Notes under the pieces: model-generated
Database searches by the model: none
Seen by the model: only the letters and a program-made list of their open reading frames with translations
Told to the model about the DNA's origin: nothing
Source: Diadema antillarum
Taxonomy: Eukaryota
DNA: 64,000 bases
Reading direction: 5' to 3'
Assembly (NCBI RefSeq): GCF_040938485.1
Contig: NW_027272920.1
Location: 1-64,000, forward strand
Made by a program: the position numbers and the translations under genes
Shown here: piece by piece, positions 1 through 12,600 of the stretch
How positions within the stretch are numbered: the stretch's first letter is position 1
How the letters are laid out: each line of letters begins with the position of its first letter

Positions 1-349
1 CATATTTGCAAAATTGCTGTGATCAAAGCATCTTTATGAAGTGAGACCCAGATCTTGGGCTGTGAGAGCCTTGCATCACTCCTCAAATTTCAATCTAACC
101 ACCAATCTACCTCTCACATTAACACACATGCCATGCCATACACATTGCTCTTCCCTATTGCATATTAAAGACTACTAAAACTTTGTTCTGAAATTAGTAT
201 CAGTTAATTCCATGAAAAAGAAAGAAAAAATACAGTTTTGTTTTTTCTATAATGACTAAATTTCCATACCCCCTCTCAGTGACCACTCTGTACAAGTTTT
301 ACATTACATGCAAAGGAATGTGCTCTTTGTGACCCACTCCTGTGGATCT

Positions 350-574
350 CTATGGCTGTTGTACTTCTTGTTGTTGCTCTGCTGGTTGCTGCTCTTGTTC
401 TTGTGCTACATTTTGCTGTTGTTGGTGCTCTTTTTGCATTTGCAGCACTTGATTGCCTTGTTGTGGTACAACTTGCATTGCAGGAGGTTGGGCTTCATGC
501 TGTAAGTTTTGTTGCTGCTCCCTGTTTGGTACAATACCTGGGGCTTGTGGTACGACCTGTACTCCCAAATTAAT
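350..574 (-). CDS. NUCB2: Nucleobindin terminal coding exon 11, Q-rich tail [10 protein letters not shown]...QQQEVQQP*
   Basis: Acceptor CTTCATCTCTTCAG, phase 0 matching exon 10, 75 codons ending in TAG; Gln-rich like other nucleobindin tails. Confidence 0.75.
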   Translation of the reverse strand: MNLGVQVVPQAPGIVPNREQQQNLQHEAQPPAMQVVPQQGNQVLQMQKEHQQQQNVAQEQEQQPAEQQQEVQQP

Positions 575-3500
575 CTGAAGAGATGAAGAAAGGACATGGC
601 TGAGGCAGTCAAATCATATTTTTCTTAAACTTAATTCAAGGCAAGACACTACAGATACAGCGTATGAAAATTACAACACACACTTTGAATGACATAACTG
701 GTCTACACATGTAGTTCAGAAAATATTTTGACTGAAACACATGACCATATGTGACCGTGCATCACAAAACGAACAAAAAGTCGCACACACTGATTTTGCA
801 TGAGGACTGAAAATAAGTGAAATGGGTCAACCTAGCCGATCTTGAATATTTCATATTTTCTGAAAGAGCAAGTCTTCTTTTACATTATGCTGAAATTTGG
901 GGTCATAAAACGGGTGGCAAAGTGTGTTTTTTAGCAGTTTATCTTGAATTTTTTTGGTAGAATAGTGTGATTAGGTGTGTCTTTAGAGTCCCATTTTCAT
1001 TTCTGAAAAACCTTGTACACACTCTTCACTTTCAACTCTAATAACTTTTGAAAGGATAGTGCTACTGCTATGAAAGTCGGCATTAATTATGGACAGAATG
1101 TGTTTATGAGGCATGCTTAATTTCAGGTTAATCTGATAATCCCTTCATTGTTGTTACTCGGGTGGTTTACTTCCTGTTTTTTGCCCCATTCATCGCACAG
1201 CCAGCACGGCTTGGTAAAGATTCAGCGCTTGAATAGACGCTGTACTTCAGAGCCTCTTTTCTAAGATCACACTTTTCCTGAGTTTGTGCTTTCTTTCCAA
1301 TATTTAGATAGGTTAGGAGAGTCCATTTGATTTGGGTTATACATCATTTTAAAGTTTAACGTCTGCTCTTTCAGAATATGGTCTTCACTAAAAATTCATG
1401 TCAGGCGACTTTTTGTTTGTTTTGTGGTGCAGGGTCACATATGAATTCTCCACACAGCAATGTTGATACATTGGACTCCCATTATTACGAAGTCCTCCAG
1501 ACCGACAGTTTTCTTTCGTTATATCGAAATTTCGGTATAGCCGAACAAACAAACAATAAAAATACATACAGCGGATAATGTTGTGGCCTGAATTTTTACT
1601 TCATTGTATTAACCCTAAAAGGGCCGGGGGGGGGGGGGGGGGGGGGGAATCTGCCCCCCTCGACGTTTCGCGCTATAAATCTGTAACGTGACAAGGCCTC
1701 GTCGCGAGGCTTCTTGACTTTCTTCGTTCAAGTCTCGCGCAACTTTTGAGACCAAATTTGCAACGTCCGCGCATACTTTTGCGAAGCCACGCCCATTTTT
1801 GTAACAGAATGTCGCCCCAAAACGGGCACAATTTTGTGATTTTGTGTACATTTCCTACGGAAAACAGTGTTCTGTCATGAAAATCATAAAAACCTGATTA
1901 TTTTTACAATTAATCACTTTCACTGATTAATTTTGTGCTAATTATGGTAGAAAAGTGGTCAGTGACAATTTCCAATGAAAAAACAAAGAAAAAACAAAAG
2001 TTGAAAAACAAGGAAATACATAAGATATTCTGAAAACAACAAAATACATTAAGAATTGAAATGAGTTTTGGAAGTTTTTGTGATGTACAATTGTTGAATA
2101 TGCTAAAACAGATTTACAGATCAAAAATTAGACTCTCAATGCTTTTAATTAGGCTAAAATATGATCTTGAGCTTAATTTGTATAATTAATTAATCAAAAT
2201 TAGAAATTGATTGTTTCAAAAAAAATCTTATGACACAATCTTGTAGATTATGACGTGGGTCTCACGCATGCAAAATTTCATCGCGATCGCACCACCGATG
2301 GCCAAGATCTCGGGGGGGGAATCCCCCCCTCCCCCCCCCCCCCCCCCCCCCTCGGTCTGAGCATAGCCAAAAAAACCCGGCCCCTTTAGGGTTAAACCGG
2401 AATTTCATTATAACCGTGTTCCTTATAATGGGAGTGCACTGCAGATGGACCCTAGATGTGAAACTGAATTCCACACAAGATTGACAGTGTATTGATTGGT
2501 AGTTATTGTTATTGTTGTTTTTTTTTCTAGAGCATTGGGTAGTAGCTTGCTATTTCAGATTAATAAACTTGGCAAGTATCTAGGACCAGTACTGAGCAAT
2601 CTACTGGTATATGATGTATTGCATCTCACATGTCTCTAATCTGATTTAATCTGATTGATAAACACTGGAACTTCCTTAGCAGTAGAACACTGGGCTAACA
2701 AGCAATACAGAAAACTACCAAAGTCTGCAGCTGACTATATTCACTAAACACTACCACAATTATAAGGATGTGTGGGACTCGTAATACTGCACGTGTAGGG
2801 AAAGCTTTTACTGACAGTAAATAGTAGTGTAAAAATTTTTTAGTGTAGATGATGTTTCCTTGCCTTGATTGTTCCCTGGAAGTAAATGCTATTTGATGTT
2901 TAGTTTTGAAAAAAAAAATGGTAAAGTAAAATGGAGGCTTTAGTTTTGATTCTTAACTACATGCAGCTCACAGTATTACACTAAACTTCACATTTGTTAC
3001 AAAGACAGATTCAAAATAGTGATGAAAATGTGCCTGGCATGGGCTTAGAAAGTGAGACTTCTACCGAAAGAGTTGGTGTGAATAGCTGATGAAGAAGTCT
3101 GACATATGCTCACATACATCTGTATATCAGTATGGGTATTTCTATCAGTACCTATCTGGTCACACTTTAAAATAATGACCTAAAAAATAATCTACTGCTT
3201 GCTAACCTGCACTCTGTGTAAGTTTTTTCTTCTTCTTGTAGTATTTATCCTGCAACAAGGTAGTTTGCCTGACACACCATACTTCAGAAATATATATACA
3301 TGTACTTGAGATATCCCATGGAGCACAGTCCCTCAAGGCTTACTGGCTGTAAAATTTACACTGATATATCTTGTGCAACAGAGTGCATTGGAGTGTTCAG
3401 GAAAAATTTACAAATTACAGATAAAGCAAGCATCATCTTCACTTGGTAAATCAACATGCAGTAATAGGGGATATCAAGATAATGATTAGCATATTATCAG

Positions 3501-3601
3501 GCATCTGGTTGGCATGCAATCGACTTACAAATTAAACGGTTTGCCACCGAGTCTAGCTTTTTAAGAAAGTAAATTACATGCAATATCAAGAATGTAATAA
3601 T

Positions 3602-3665
<64 letters not shown>

Positions 3666-6600
3666 CATTCAATTAGATTTGCAATAAATCTTTTGCAACA
3701 ATGAATGAATGAGACATAAAATAATAAAACATCATATGAAAGATTAACAAAACAATACATTCCACTATCATGAATGTCTTTTGTGAACTACTATATTCAG
3801 CAGAAAAAAAAAAATGGCCTAGTTCTGATATTTCTATGACTCAACTTTAGCTTTTCTGTTTTGCTATACTATACTGATGTAACATAAAAGCATTCTTTGT
3901 TTATAATGTAATAAAACAGTGTCAAAGTGTGTTGATGCGCATGTAAGTTTCTGAGTGTACACGCACCTGTACGCAAGCTTTCAACTTTGTGCAATGCATG
4001 TGTCTGACTGTAAGTCAGAGGCTGTAATTTCCCCAAACAATCATGTCATGGCACTATGAGTAAGCAGATTGTAGCTGCCACTATCATCCATGGACATGTC
4101 TACTGTCTCTGTTGAAAAGCTTACAAAATTTGAACAAAATTAAGTATTGAACAGAGAAACTAAAGGTGAATGGGCATGCAAAGAATCACAAACTAGACAT
4201 TTCCAACTGTTCATTTGCAAGCAAGTGAGTAAAACGAGAAGACCAGAGGGAGAGGGAAATTTCACAAAATGCTATGAATTACAATGATACATGTACCTAC
4301 AATTGTTATGATAAAGCCATCATCAATAAGTTTGTAACCAAAATATTCAACTCACAAATTGCTCTCTGATTCTGATTTTTTTTTTCATGGTTTTGGTTAT
4401 GTTCACATATAAATCAATTAGGGAATAATTCATGTTGATTTACAAAAAATAAAAATAAAAATCTATTTCATAGAAGAAAGGGTTAACTTCTCTCCCACTG
4501 GTCACATAAAAGCAAATCAAAATCAAAATACAGTGTAAGAGATCATATGAAGAAAACGTCTGTATTGAAACTCACATGCACCAACAAATGAACAAAGAGG
4601 GATGGGTGATAAGTGTCACTATACCTTGTGTTGCAGTTACTGATGAATGGGGCTTTGATTAATATCTTAACTGTAAAACATATGTGCAAAATGGATAGTT
4701 GTTGGTGACTTTAGAAGTTGAAGCATATCACATTGATTTTACATTTCTAACATCAATGACATCTATACTTCTTGGCCTGGCATCTGCAAGGTATATGTAT
4801 ATGACACAGACGATGTGCTCTGTATTTTGACCAGGAGAATTACTACTTTAAAGTCAAACAAAAATGCTTGACATGTGTACATGTGATATATGTGATTTGT
4901 CCTACCTGAAATGAAAAATATTCAAGTACACTATATGTACAAGTCTAACCTGCACTGCAATTAAAGAACAATTCTGACAAACTTTCAGATCATCTCTGGA
5001 ATATTATTCTTTACTGTTATGAAAATACACTATTCAGTGTCTTTTATTCTTTTAGACTTAATAGCCCACACAGCAAAAGGGAACCCACACCATAAATCTT
5101 ATTGAAAATGTACACTGATGCTCTAAATTTAGGAAGTCTTTTCCAACACATTCATGGACACTTGAATTCCTCAAGATTTCAAAAAGAGGGATTGTCACAA
5201 AACTGTCACTGTCTTCCTGTAGTTTAAAGGGGAATGCTACCCACATATATACATGTTCTTTCATTATGCTTGAACAATGAAAATATGTTCAATTCTCTTT
5301 ATGTTTTCTCATACAGTTGCCTTGCACTGATGTTACAAACTGTCAGTCTTCTCATCAAGTGGTGGTGGCACTGAAGCTTTAAAAATTCATATCTGATGAA
5401 CAGATAGTCCAATCTTCCTCAAACTTCAATGATGTGTTCTACCAATATTGCTGCATTTACACTTTTAGTACCTCAATCCCCATATACAATGGATATGTAT
5501 ATCTCACAACTCTCATACACATCTGTAGTTGGTATCTTAGGGGTTGTGGTAAGTGAACAGAGACATTTCTGAATTAGAAAGAAAAAAAAAAACTTAAATG
5601 TCATTTATTACCTTTCCTTCTTTTGTGTCTATAGGAGGGAGTCCTTTTGATAAATCATCCTTGATTTGTTGTGCATGTCCCTTGAAGATAACAAAGGTCA
5701 GATGGAACAAAACAACTATGATGCAGAATATGTTGATGTTGACGAGGGTTAGTGTTAATACATGACATGCTGCTGCTATAAATAAAAAAATTACGTCGGT
5801 ATGGTCCATGCTATCATTCAAAATCAAAAGAAACTTGGCAAACGTTTGGACATATAATCATACACAATGAAGAATTTGTGTTTTGAAGACAGTGAAATAT
5901 CTATAGGTGAAACACAACCAGGAGCAACTGTTTTATATCCATGATTCGATTCACAATGTAGCCGATTAACTACTCTGTTAAAAAACCAATGAATATATAA
6001 ATAACTTTATCAAGTGATCCAATAAATTTGCTCTCAAGAAACCTACCAACTATACATCAATCTGCCTACACACTTCAAGCTCATTCAATCACTCAGACGA
6101 AATAAAATTGACAATTCCTCTACCTGGTCCATAGCGACTGGTTCTTGTCTTTGAGGCTGCCTGACTTTGACAAAGTTGTCTCCAGCCTCTGCCATTTTTG
6201 CTTTGGTTTCCTCCAAAGTCCTCCTCAGTTCTTCCTGGTATGCATTCAACTCCTCCTCCGTAAACTGATCTTCTTTATTCAAGTCCTGTTCAGGTAGAAA
6301 ATGATAAATGCTCTTGTCGTAGTTCAGTGTCAAAATTGTAGTCACTGTTTAATACTTCATATCACTCTGTTTCTAAATAAAATTTAATATCTTTCCTATA
6401 CAAATACAAGTCTTGAGCAAACTAAAGCTGTACTTTGTTTACAGTTCCATTTTTCTCGTCCTTCTCACAGTCTTCCTACATCCAACAGCCACCGTCTGAA
6501 CTAATATCATGTTCCTTATTCTTCTCTCCTCCTCCTCCTCCTAATCCTCCTCCTTGTCCTCGTCCTCCTCCTCCTCCTCCTCCCCCCACCACCTACCTGC

Positions 6601-9600
6601 CATTCACTCTCATCATCAAAGTCTGAAGCTGCAGCTGCCTCCATGAACTCCTCCAAGCTCACCATCTTGTCCTTGTTTCCATCAATCTGCAAGAAAAAGA
6701 CATTTAAGAAATTACTGTCAACTTTTTCCATTCAATTGATATAATTACAGCACACTCGAACCTGGAAACTGATGTAAAAACTGATCGGTGAATGCCATGT
6801 CACACAACTACAGAATATGTTGACTGCAAGCTTTCTTTCAACAACTAGTATTACAAACGGGTTGTGTACTCTAGATGAGTCTATAAGAGATACTGATGGG
6901 ATTGAGGGTTGTGAGTGTGATTCATTTCTGATGGTAACCATTAACGTTACGCTAATACCCATTTAAATAAGTTTCGAGCAACATTTATTGAGATCGTTCA
7001 TTTTTGTACAACTTTAATATTGTGTATTTTACATGGCGTTTCCTTCAAGACAATTCAGTGCCCAAACCCATTTCTTAAACACATGAATATGATTTCCATA
7101 ATAATGTAACTTCATTCAAACAAGAACAAAACTTTGTTTCAATAATCAAGTAGACTGTGTATAACACAAAGATGAAACCTCTACGATATCAACACAGATC
7201 AAATCTGACAGCACTATTTGTTTCTATTCATGTTTGCACCAAAAAAAATTCTAGCAATAAACTCATGGCCGCACTAAAAGTTGCTGCAACTAATACTCAT
7301 GACAAAGCATAATCCCGTCAGAGTGTGATTAAGAAAAAAAAAAAAATGATTATGCAAAACAATGACACTCAATGGCAACAACTTAGCAACAAACGGAAAT
7401 TCCAAGTCTCATGTAATACTCAAACAAACGATCAAATTAAAAAAACAAAACAAAGAAAGATGACATTTTTTCCCCATATCCAGTATTAATCAAATAATAT
7501 TTAAAAAATTTCATTCCGCATGTTACTGCAAGATGGCAAGTCACCATGAAGCACTGAGAATAAAGAATGAATGTAACTGCAGAAGTGCCATTATCCTTAG
7601 TTACCCTTCCAGGCTGAAAAATCTACCATGACACCATTAGTCTTACTTTAAGACTCTACCACATTTTGTACAAAACAAAGCATCTAATTTCAAAATGTAC
7701 TTGAGTCTTTTTTCTTTTTTTGGCCATTGTCAGAATAAGAGTATCTGAAAATTGTCAAACTATGGATAACCGAAAAACAGAGTGGCCAGAAATGCCAAAT
7801 AGAGGCAACCTTCTCTTTAAAAGCACCCTAGGGGCAATCACTTGAATGCTTCAATGCACCATGAATTAATCAAGAAGATGAAAGTTGATGGAATGATATT
7901 CAATCCAAGTTTTTATTTCACATGTGCTTGAAGATGTGAGATAATCTATCATCATGATCCTGCACACAAAAGAAAACAAATTAATGGATATTGTGACAGC
8001 ACAGGGAACAAGGCACAATGGTATATAAACACTGGCTTTCACAAGAACACTTCAACACAGACTGACAACTGAGATAAGTACCTGGTTTACTACATGTTCT
8101 CTCATGCGGGACAACTCTTCAAACTTTTCCTGTACATCTACATTTTTGCGGCCTTGGTAGATTTTTTCCACCTAGTCAAAGGTTTGGGACAAGTGAGACA
8201 GACAAAGAAGTAGGACCACGCCAAGCAGCAGAGAAAAGATGGGAAACAGCAGAAGGTGTGGAAGGTAAAGAAAACAAAGAAATACAAAAAGAGGCAAGAA
8301 GAATCACAAGAAGGGGATATAAACATGGAGAAGAAAAAACGTAAGTTTGAAAATACCATGAATTGACGATCATGACATGGAGAAATGTAAAATCAAATAA
8401 AGAAGAATGTGAGAGCAAGGACAGACAGGAAATGTAGCAAAGGAAATAAGAAAGAAAGATAAATAGAAGAAGAGGAAAATAAAAGAAGAATCCAGACATA
8501 CAGCATTCGAGAGTAAAAGGTGTGGGTGAGAGAAAGAGAGAGAAATAAGAAATTGATAGAGGAATACAGAGAAAAAAAGATAAAAATGCAGAAAATGGTA
8601 AATGAACATATATATTGTACCATGTCATGAGAAGAAAGAAAGAGAAAGCAACGGCAGGAGACAGCATTACAGGTCATCATTGATGATAAAGAGATAAAAG
8701 AAATAAAAATCAGAGCGGGTAATGGGGTTGAAGTAATACACATTCACCACACAAACAATATTTAAAGCAGCAGATAGAGAAAAGTAAGGAAAATGGGGAC
8801 GGAAAGACAGATAGACAGAGAAAGAGAAGACAAAGATAGATGGAAATGAGAGAGAGAGAGAAAAAAATGACACTCATGATTATACAAACTATAAGAGGCC
8901 TCAGTTCTGATGATACTTGCTGCAGATATTTAACTCATTGACAGATACAGATAACAAAAGGGACATAAAATGTATCTTAATTTCCTCAGAACAGAGGAGA
9001 TCTTTTAATGATTTCAAAGGGATATCAAAACTTCAACTTGGGTTGAACCTGGCCTTTGATTGATACACATTGTATCTATGAGCAACATCCAAGCCAAAAA
9101 GGAGGACAGGTGAAGAGTGTTCCTCTGAAGACAGAAACAATAAAATGTTTTTTTTTTTTTAAGTTGTGTCCTCTCAGCCATTCATTTACGGAGGGGCGTT
9201 TCAGGAGTTAGAGCAATAGTCTTCATAGTTTGCTGCAAACTATCATACAGACTGAGACCTCAGTACTGCAAAGCCATGTCATACAAAATGAATACATATA
9301 GATTTAAAAACATCCATGAAACTATCCACATTCAGCTCTATCAGCGCATTCTACCCGCCAAAGAATAATGAAATGTGATGCAAGAGCCAAATTTTAAGTA
9401 GCAAACACTAGTGTAGCGTACATTTCAGGGGCTTTCTCCTGTTTGCGACCAACATGCTGCATGACTATATCCATTACGGAAGTTCTACGTTACATACAAG
9501 CCCTGCCTACCTCATCCATCAAATGCTCTCGCATGCGAGCAATCTCCTCATCCAGTTCAGCAGCATTGGCGGGGTCATCCCCATAAATTTTGGCTGCCTG

Positions 9601-12600
9601 TTGCCATTGGCAACAGAATGCATCATTCATGTAGAGGAGTTGTCATGGTTACAAATGCACATCCAAACACAGTGAATTAAACTGATTAATCATTTCTTCA
9701 CTTTCCTACTCATCAGCCCTACACTGTAGCTCTCTATGGAATTGACATGACTATACTTTCTTACTCATGAGCCCTAGCTCTCTATGGAATTGACATAACT
9801 ATACTTTCTTTACTCATGAGCCCTAGCTCTCTATGGAATTGACATAACTATATCAGTTTATGTCGTTTGGATGTTATATCATTTTCAAAAGAAGATAAGT
9901 ATAGATGATGATTATTATCTAGAGTGTTGATGCAAGGGATAGCCTTTGCGTTTCCTTCAATCATTTGAAGGTAAGACAACAATCGATGATGAGGCTGGTC
10001 TTTCACTTGAATAATCTCATGCTTCACAACATCAAAACTGAGAGAAAGAGTGCAGTTTTTTTTTAATTTGACACACCTGAAATGAAATATATCATGTCCA
10101 CAAATTCCATTTATTTCTACATCAAGTTGAATGCAGTCAAAAAGATACTAAGAGACCTGATCATATCCTGTATCAAGACCTCCTAATCCTCACCATTTAA
10201 ATGTTGCACTATTGATTATATCATAACTATATCATGTCATTCAACATTTATAGCACAATAAATGTGCTGATGTAAATTGGCAGCTAGTGGTAGTTTTTGT
10301 AGATGTGAGATGACATACCTCCTTGATGAAGAGAGCTTCCAGCTCGAAGGCATCGAGGAACCCATCACTGTTAGCATCATGGAGGAAGAAGAATGTCTTG
10401 GGGTTGAAGTCCCCTTTCTCCAGGTGATCGGTTTTCTCCCACACTTCCTCCAGCTGCTTCTTACTTCCCTTTCAATGGAAGATCATCATTTTCATATATT
10501 GTAACATTCAAAGGAAATCAACTCCAACTACAGAAAATAAAGCAAATTGAATCCAATTGTAAAGCCAGTTACTGCTATTGCTTGTTTGTTGTTATTTTGT
10601 TTGTATGTTTTTTGTTTTGTTTTACTAATCAGTCAGTATTTGTTTTATAGACAGATATAAAAGTACTTTTTCCAATTACTGCAATTACCAAGATTTCACT
10701 TATTTCAGATTTCATACACTAACACATAAATGGACTGTGTGCAGAATCAGCTCACACTATCATAAAGCAATATGTAGTGGTAATGATGCCAGGAAAATAT
10801 ATTGATGACTTCATTTACCAGGGTTTCTCTCAGCTATTATTAAAGCCTCCCTCCCCCCCCCCCCCCTTCCCCATGCCCGGGCAATTAACCACTGAAAGAC
10901 CTTCATTCAAAGAGTGAGAAATATACTGAGAACTCACAGGGTGGTTGACCTTAGAGTGGTGTCTGAGCTGCTCTCTCTCCTCTCTATACTGCCTCTCTGC
11001 CTCTGCTCGCTCCTTGGCCTCCATGTGCTTCAACTCGGTCCGACGCTTCAACTCCTTCTCCATCTCATAGCGCTTGAACTCCTGTCGCCGCTGCCGGTCA
11101 TTCTCCTCCAGATCTTTGGTGGCCTGTTGACAGAACAATGTGCATATTAAAGATGACACGCTGACCTACCTTGAGCAAGTGGCATTCTTAAAGACAATTT
11201 TAATAAAATAAATGCAATTATTGTAATAAAATATTGTAATGTCTTTGCACTATAACATGTGGTAGTTTGTCAACTTCACACAAAGCAAAATTGGAAAACT
11301 GTTTTACTGACCATATTCAGGGCACGCAGGATGAAAAAAAAAACAATAAAGTGATGACAACATAAAGAATGAGTCAAGTCTGTAAGATGCATGATTATAA
11401 TTGACTACATGCATAAGTACGCTATTGCAACAAGTTTGTGGGTGTATCACCAGGGATTTTACCCCTGCTTCACTCAAACACTTATTTTCTTCACGTAACA
11501 AAAGTTGATAATCAGCTTTTGAATTGTACTCTGGCGGAGAACCAAATTTCCCTTTTGAATGGATCCATCAAGTTCAGTAATATCCTGCTTGCTTGAATTA
11601 CGAATAAACTTCACAGCCAATTTTCTCAAAAGTGTGTGTTACTGCTGGCTGGCTTTCTTATCATTCTGCAGCAAGTTTCATGAAATACTGTGTGTCAAAT
11701 TGTCATCGGAAAGCTTGGATTATGGAAAATGAATACAACAATTAGAAAATCAAAGTTCAGTGATCTCTATTACATGTTGTAATTCCGATATATGCAACAT
11801 ATTCAAGCAACATATTACAATATACATGTATTTGAATCTCCCAATTATTTTCCCTTGTGTTGCATAACCTCCCCTCCCCTCCCCCCCCCAAAAAAAAACA
11901 AAACCCTAAAACAAAACAAAAACACAATTGGACACAATTTTGTTACCTACATGAAAGGCTACTGAGGGAAATACTTGGCCATAATACACTGATTAAGAAC
12001 CAGTGATCTGCATAGACTATGTAAAGTGTTAACACTGGTTGTTCTCAGTTCATGGTGTGTCTGATATCTTGGACTGAGAGAAGGGCGTTAGTCATTAGTT
12101 GCTGAAATGCACATGCTGACAAGTTAGTGTCTCCAAACCACACAGACCCAAATTAGTACAAAAGGCCTTGAGTTAGAGTGACAGTATATGCATGAAATTT
12201 TGCTAGATATAACATTATGGTAATTAACTGATACAAACTCATTTGGGGCTCCCTGCCTGGAAGCTTTAGGATTTCAAATTTCCTGTTTACTCATATGAGT
12301 GACATGCATTTATGATTGTCTAATAATACATTGAAATTTCACATAACATATCACAAATCTATCTTCAAACTTCTTTCTTTCTTTTTTGTCAGAAATGGGC
12401 ATCATACCTTAACAAGTACAAGAATGCAGGCCATGAATATATGTTAACACAGATGTATTAGAAAAGAAACTGACAACTGCTTGCTAAGAATACTGATTCG
12501 TGTTAAAACATGAGTGCTAGGTAGATCTGCCACTGAAATACAGGCTGTATTACACTGCTGAGAACAATGTTCTCTATCATTTTATAGTCATTAGGAAGGG

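Noticed and set aside
5325-5378. Minus-strand frame [14 protein letters not shown] as an alternative nucleobindin last exon
   Set aside because: It needs a phase-1 junction, but exon 10 ends in phase 0; the exon at 574-350 fits directly.
8138-8873. Several overlapping ORFs up to 163 aa rich in F, L and S
   Set aside because: Translation of a low-complexity purine/pyrimidine tract; no domain.
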